Positions 59,375 to 64,000 of a DNA stretch of 64,000 nucleotides are shown piece by piece (position 1 is the first letter of the stretch; every line of letters starts with the position of its first letter). A program made the position numbers and the translations under genes. The stretch is from NCBI GenBank assembly GCA_040266055.1, contig JBDQFC010000011.1, positions 4,377 through 68,376 of the forward strand. The letters run 5' to 3'. The notes beneath the pieces were generated by a model. That model was not told the DNA's origin. It saw only the letters and a program-made list of their open reading frames with translations, and made no database searches. The DNA comes from Candidatus Nanopelagicales bacterium (GTDB lineage Bacteria; Actinomycetota; Actinomycetes; S36-B12).

Positions 59375-60183
59375 ATTTCTGAGGCTTTGCGCAAGCCGTG
59401 TGCGTAGGCGACAAGGGCGGAAGCGGCGGGCTCGAGTACCTCGTTCACGGGACGTCCAAGATCGGGTTCGGCAAGAAGGCGTGCCGAGGCTGCAAGTAGG
59501 ACGTCATAGGCAGCGGATCCTCGATCGAGTTGCTCGCTCACCGCCCGCGCTGCTTGCTGGGCGTTCTCAGCTGCCGACGTCCCGGGCATTTGACGCATCA
59601 TTTCGTCGAGTACTCGAAGTCGGTCGGCCAGGTCGTTCAAAGTTGGGGCCACCTGGGCATCGGCAGAACGGATCTCGCGGGCAGCATCGCTGTGCAACGG
59701 CTCGACCGCGCGCACGACTTGGACGGTCTGCACTCGAACGGCGGTGTAGCGAGCCACCGATTCGTAGCCAATGGCGCCTCGGCGAACAAGGACAGGCGGT
59801 GAGGGTATTGCCGGCGTGCCGGAGAAAGGAGCCAGGCGGCGCCAGGAGCGCCCGCCGATGGTTGCGGCGACGGCGCCCATCGCAGCGATGCCGAACCACA
59901 ACACCCCGCCCGGGCCGGTGGCCGCGACGTCAATGACTCCCACAGTGGCGGCGGATGCCCCGACTGCTGTTCCGCCGATTGTCATCACCTGAGACTGAAC
60001 CTTGCGGGCGTTGTAGGCCCGACGTGCCCGGCGTGCATCGGTGGCACTCTTTTTGGACTCGCGCTCCAATTCCCGACGACCAGCTGGCGTTCCGCGGAAA
60101 GCATCAACCAGATCCAGGCCTTTGCGAATCCCCGCGTCGACGGCAGCGGCCAACTCCGACGCGTCTCGCTTGCCCTGACCCAT
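59371..60183 (-). CDS. Hypothetical membrane protein, possibly PspM (Rv2743c)-like
   Basis: Basic N-terminus, two TM helices and a helical C-terminus (L..G..AY..L..A.A.L). Leaderless TAACCT-N6-ATG. Family assignment is tentative. Confidence 0.5.
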   Translation of the reverse strand: MGQGKRDASELAAAVDAGIRKGLDLVDAFRGTPAGRRELERESKKSATDARRARRAYNARKVQSQVMTIGGTAVGASAATVGVIDVAATGPGGVLWFGIAAMGAVAATIGGRSWRRLAPFSGTPAIPSPPVLVRRGAIGYESVARYTAVRVQTVQVVRAVEPLHSDAAREIRSADAQVAPTLNDLADRLRVLDEMMRQMPGTSAAENAQQAARAVSEQLDRGSAAYDVLLAASARLLAEPDLGRPVNEVLEPAASALVAYAHGLRKASEI

Positions 60184-60218
60184 AGGTAGAGGTTACGTCG
60201 CGGGTTACCGTGTCTGCC

Positions 60219-61733
60219 ATGCACGCACGGCTCTGGCTCAGCGCCGCCCTCATCTCAGGGCTGGCGCTCGCGGGCTGTTCCCGCGCTCCGGAACCGGTGC
60301 CATTGCCAGAGCCCTCAGCCACCCAAGACGAAGCCGCAACAGGTGACTTGGTGCAGTACTACGACCAAGAGTTGGACTGGCGTGACTGTGGGGACGCCGA
60401 ATGCACGCGAGTTACCGTCCCGCTGGACTATGCCAACATCGACGGGCGCACAACCGAACTCGCGATGACCCGAGTGCCGGCTACGGGTGAGGCGATCGGC
60501 TCCCTGTTCCTCAACCCAGGTGGTCCGGGCGGAAGTGCATTCGACTACGCGCGCGCGGCTGACTACGTCGTGACATCCGAGATCCGAGAAGCCTTCGACA
60601 TTGTTGGGGTGGACCCTCGCGGTGTTGCCAAAAGCGATCCGATCCGGTGCTTGACCGACGCTGAGATTGATGAGTTGTTCGCAGCAGATGGCACGCCCGA
60701 TGATCCGATCGAAGAAGGACAGATCGCCATCGACTCCAAGCGAATTGCGCAGGCGTGCGAGGACAAGGCCGGCGAGGTCTGGCAGTACATGGACACAGTG
60801 GCGAACGCGCGAGATATGGACATCGTTCGTTCCCTCGTTGGTGATCCCGTACTGAACTACCTCGGCAAGTCCTATGGAACAGCGATTGGTGCCACGTACG
60901 CGCAGCTCTTCCCGACGAGGGTTGGCCGGATGGTTCTCGATGGCGCTTTGCCGGTCACCCTCAGCCAAGAGGAAGTGACGTTTGGTCAGGCAGTCTCCTT
61001 TGAGAAGTCGTTTAGTGACTTCGCCACTGACTGCGCGAATTCTGGTGACTGCCCATTTCCAGGAAGCTCTGCTGAAGTCGAGACCTCATTGCGTGACCTT
61101 CTAGCCAGACTTGATGCGAGCCCACTTCCAACCAGCAGTGATCGCGAACTGACGCAGTCTCTCGGTACCTATGCGGTTCTGTCCTTTCTCTACTTTCCCA
61201 GCGGTGACTACCCACGGCTGCGCAATGCCCTGCGGGAAGCAGTGGAGGACAACGACGGATCAGGACTTCTCGCGCTCGTCGATGAACGAACGAGCCGTGC
61301 GCCTGATGGCCGCTACCTAGACAACTCGACCGATGCCTTCTATGCGGTGACGTGCGCGGATATGCCCTACGACGGCACCCCCGAAGAGGTGGCCCTCCTC
61401 GCCAGCCAGTGGCAATCACAGGCCCCCACGTTCGGCGAATCACTGGCATGGGGATTGCTCACGTGTGCAAACTGGCCGGCGCAGTCCGAACGCCTGACCA
61501 CTGTGACCGCGAAAGGTTCGGCGCCGATCCTGGTCGTCTCAACAACCCAAGATCCCGCCACTCCTTATCAATGGGGTGTTGACCTGGCTCGCTCGCTTGA
61601 GAATGGCCACCTGATCACCTGGAACGCCACCAACCACACCGCCTACAACGAGGGTTCCTCCTGTGTTGATGGTGCGGTGGATGGGTACTTGCTGACCGGG
61701 GAAGTGCCCCCGGGGGACCTCACCTGCGAATAG
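60219..61733 (+). CDS. Lipoprotein alpha/beta hydrolase (TAP/Hip1-like peptidase)
   Basis: Lipobox LALAGC, VPLDY, NPGGPGGS, DPRGV, YLGKSYGT, DPATPY and H. Leaderless TACCGT-N7-ATG. Confidence 0.9.
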   Translation: MHARLWLSAALISGLALAGCSRAPEPVPLPEPSATQDEAATGDLVQYYDQELDWRDCGDAECTRVTVPLDYANIDGRTTELAMTRVPATGEAIGSLFLNPGGPGGSAFDYARAADYVVTSEIREAFDIVGVDPRGVAKSDPIRCLTDAEIDELFAADGTPDDPIEEGQIAIDSKRIAQACEDKAGEVWQYMDTVANARDMDIVRSLVGDPVLNYLGKSYGTAIGATYAQLFPTRVGRMVLDGALPVTLSQEEVTFGQAVSFEKSFSDFATDCANSGDCPFPGSSAEVETSLRDLLARLDASPLPTSSDRELTQSLGTYAVLSFLYFPSGDYPRLRNALREAVEDNDGSGLLALVDERTSRAPDGRYLDNSTDAFYAVTCADMPYDGTPEEVALLASQWQSQAPTFGESLAWGLLTCANWPAQSERLTTVTAKGSAPILVVSTTQDPATPYQWGVDLARSLENGHLITWNATNHTAYNEGSSCVDGAVDGYLLTGEVPPGDLTCE

Positions 61734-61737
61734 CCAG

Positions 61738-61754
61738 ATACCCTTAGGGGGTAT
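61738..61754. promoter_or_regulatory. CsoR operator
   Basis: ATACCC-TTAGG-GGGTAT inverted repeat directly upstream of csoR. Confidence 0.85.
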
Positions 61755-61775
61755 AGGTACTCAAGGGGAGGTAGC

Positions 61776-62057
61776 GTGGCCGCTTACACCGCTGATAAGG
61801 AAGCCCTGGTCAAACGCTTGAAGCGCATCGAAGGTCAGGTGCGGGGATTGCAGAGGATGGTCGAGGACGACACCTATTGCATCGATGTCATTACTCAGGT
61901 GTCGGCGACGACCAAGGCTCTGCAATCGGTGGCGCTGCTGCTTCTTGAAGACCACTTGGGACATTGCGTCGCGCACGCGCTTGTCGAAGGCGGCGAAGTA
62001 GCCGACGACAAAATCAAGGAAGCATCCGAAGCGGTTGCTCGCTTGGTGAAGAGCTAG
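61776..62057 (+). CDS. csoR: Copper-sensing repressor CsoR
   Basis: RLKRIEGQVRG..RM, YCID and H..HC (C-H-C ligands). Confidence 0.92.
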   Translation: MAAYTADKEALVKRLKRIEGQVRGLQRMVEDDTYCIDVITQVSATTKALQSVALLLLEDHLGHCVAHALVEGGEVADDKIKEASEAVARLVKS

Positions 62058-62072
62058 ACGGGAAGTAAGAAC

Positions 62073-62288
62073 ATGACGACTGCTACATACACAGTTCGTG
62101 GCATGACCTGTGGCCACTGCGTCTCCGCTGTCACCGAAGAAGTTCAGAGCATCTCCGGAGTCAGCGAAGTAACGATCGATCTTGTCGAAGGCGGCGACTC
62201 CTCGGTCATTGTCACTAGCGAGGCATCTTTGGACGTCGAGGCTGTGCGTGCGGCTGTCGACGAAGCCGGCTACGAACTCATCGACTAG
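62073..62288 (+). CDS. copZ: Copper chaperone CopZ
   Basis: GMTCGHC HMA motif. Confidence 0.92.
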   Translation: MTTATYTVRGMTCGHCVSAVTEEVQSISGVSEVTIDLVEGGDSSVIVTSEASLDVEAVRAAVDEAGYELID

Positions 62289-62301
62289 GAGCGCCAGCAC
62301 C

Positions 62302-64000
62302 ATGGCTACGACTCAGATCGATCTCGACATCGGGGGAATGACGTGTGCGTCGTGTGCCGCCCGCGTCGAGAAGAAGCTGAATCGGATGCCTGGTGTGGTG
62401 GCAACGGTCAACTACGCCACCGAGAAGGCCCACGTCGAACTACCTGAAGGGACCTCCATCGGCGACGCCATTGCCACGGTCGAGGCGACGGGGTACACGG
62501 CTCAGACGCATGCCGCAGCGCAGGAAGATGCCACCGACAACGATGAAGATCCCGAAGTCATCGAACTGCGTCGGAGGGTCACCATCAGTGCGGTGCTGAC
62601 CCTTCCGGTGGTTCTCCTTGCGATGATCCCTGCACTGCAGTTCGACTATTGGCAGTGGTTGAGCCTGACGCTGGCTGCGCCCGTGGTCGTTTGGGGGGCC
62701 TACCCCTTCCACCGTGCCACGTGGGTCAATCTCCGACACGGAGCCGCCACCATGGACACGCTCGTGTCGATGGGGGTTGGGGCGGCATTCCTGTGGTCGC
62801 TCTACGCACTTTTCCTCGGGGGTGCCGGTGAGCCCGGAATGCAAATGACTTTCCACCTTCTTCCAACCCGGGGTGGGGGTTCGGAGGAGATCTACCTCGA
62901 GGTTGCTGCCGCTGTCACGACTTTCATCCTGCTCGGCCGCTACTTCGAGGCTCGCGCCAAGCAGCGCAGTGGCCAGGCGCTAGCTGCGCTGCTGTCTATG
63001 GGCGCGAAAGATGTCGTCGTTCTACGCGATGGAGTCGAAGTGCCGATGTCGACGGATCAACTCAGCATCGGGGATGTCTTTGTCGTTCGCCCGGGCGAGA
63101 AGGTCGCAACCGATGGTGTCGTGGTTGAAGGGCACTCCTCAGTTGATATGAGTCTGCTGACTGGGGAGCCGCTTCCGGTTGAGGTCGGTCCCGGGGCAGA
63201 AGTCGTCGGTGCCGGCATCAACACAAGCGGACGTCTCATCGTGGAAGCCACCCGAGTGGGTGCTGACACGCAGCTTTCTCGTATTGCGGCTCTTGTCGAG
63301 CAAGCTCAAACGGAGAAGGCCCCGGTGCAGCGCTTGGCCGACCGAGTCTCTGCGGTTTTCGTACCTATCGTCATTGTCCTCGCGACAGGCACGGCGATCG
63401 GTTGGATCGTCGCCGGCAGTGAGGCGCCCTTCGCATTCACAGCAGCAGTCGCTGTCTTGATCATCGCGTGCCCGTGTGCCCTCGGCCTGGCCACGCCGAC
63501 AGCGCTCCTCGTCGGGACCGGCCGTGGAGCTCAACTAGGAATCGTGATTCGCGGACCGCAGATCCTGGAGGCCACTCGCCAGGTCAACGCCATCGCTTTG
63601 GACAAGACGGGAACGCTCACCGAAGGTCGCATGACGGTCGTTGACGTCTTCGCAAGCGAAGACAAGTCCAGCGACGATGCCCTCCAGCTCATTGCATCCG
63701 TGGAGTCAGCATCCGAGCACCCCATCGGTCAGGCGATTACCCAATCAATCGACAAGCCGCTACCGGTTGGGTCGTTCCAGAGTGTGCAGGGCCTTGGTGT
63801 CCAGGGAGTGGTGGACGGCGCAGCAGTTGTAGTCGGGCGGTCACGGTGGCTGCAGAGCCAGTGGTCAATCACCATCCCGCAGTCCGCGATCGAGTGGTCC
63901 GAGCATCAGCAAGGGCAAGGTCGCACTGTGGTCTTTGGAGCAGCAGATGGCACATTCATCGGAGCGGTTGCTGTGGCTGATGCCATCAAGGCATCAAGTC
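62302..64000 (+). CDS. copA: Copper-translocating P1B-type ATPase (truncated by window end)
   Basis: Not in the ORF track. Read directly as [18 protein letters not shown], with [21 protein letters not shown] and SEHP. Confidence 0.93.
   Translation, partial: MATTQIDLDIGGMTCASCAARVEKKLNRMPGVVATVNYATEKAHVELPEGTSIGDAIATVEATGYTAQTHAAAQEDATDNDEDPEVIELRRRVTISAVLTLPVVLLAMIPALQFDYWQWLSLTLAAPVVVWGAYPFHRATWVNLRHGAATMDTLVSMGVGAAFLWSLYALFLGGAGEPGMQMTFHLLPTRGGGSEEIYLEVAAAVTTFILLGRYFEARAKQRSGQALAALLSMGAKDVVVLRDGVEVPMSTDQLSIGDVFVVRPGEKVATDGVVVEGHSSVDMSLLTGEPLPVEVGPGAEVVGAGINTSGRLIVEATRVGADTQLSRIAALVEQAQTEKAPVQRLADRVSAVFVPIVIVLATGTAIGWIVAGSEAPFAFTAAVAVLIIACPCALGLATPTALLVGTGRGAQLGIVIRGPQILEATRQVNAIALDKTGTLTEGRMTVVDVFASEDKSSDDALQLIASVESASEHPIGQAITQSIDKPLPVGSFQSVQGLGVQGVVDGAAVVVGRSRWLQSQWSITIPQSAIEWSEHQQGQGRTVVFGAADGTFIGAVAVADAIKASS

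Noticed and set aside
61761-62303. 180-aa minus-strand ORF
   Set aside because: Antisense to the well-supported csoR and copZ genes.

Overview
This is a GC-rich, densely coding actinobacterial chromosome segment. A photolyase, NhaA and an H+-pyrophosphatase suggest a free-living, probably aquatic organism (inference). Most of the window is conserved actinobacterial core synteny: cold-shock/DUF2771/DUF3027/DUF2530/serC/citA/pdxH; cfa-FAD oxidoreductase/ask/asd; tRNA-Pro/ponA2/whiB4/ArsA pair/crp/nth/marP/nhaA/acs; the ssd-tad (Flp pilus) locus, DUF1998 helicase, bldG, hppA, topA, tmk and holB; then a csoR-copZ-copA copper operon that runs off the right end. I see no mobile element, prophage, CRISPR array or rRNA, and no clearly new multi-gene system. 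The best leads are: a translationally coupled ParA + small ribbon-helix-helix gene pair away from parAB; paired ATCCAC-type boxes about 21-22 bp apart upstream of both tad transcription units; an IdeR iron box between the divergent photolyase and ideR genes; an unannotated leaderless 29-aa membrane peptide; an MMPL transporter with an extra hydrophobic insert; and several genes lacking their usual partners. Many genes look leaderless, and I used this to refine start codons. All family assignments come from motif recognition by eye, not from database searches.
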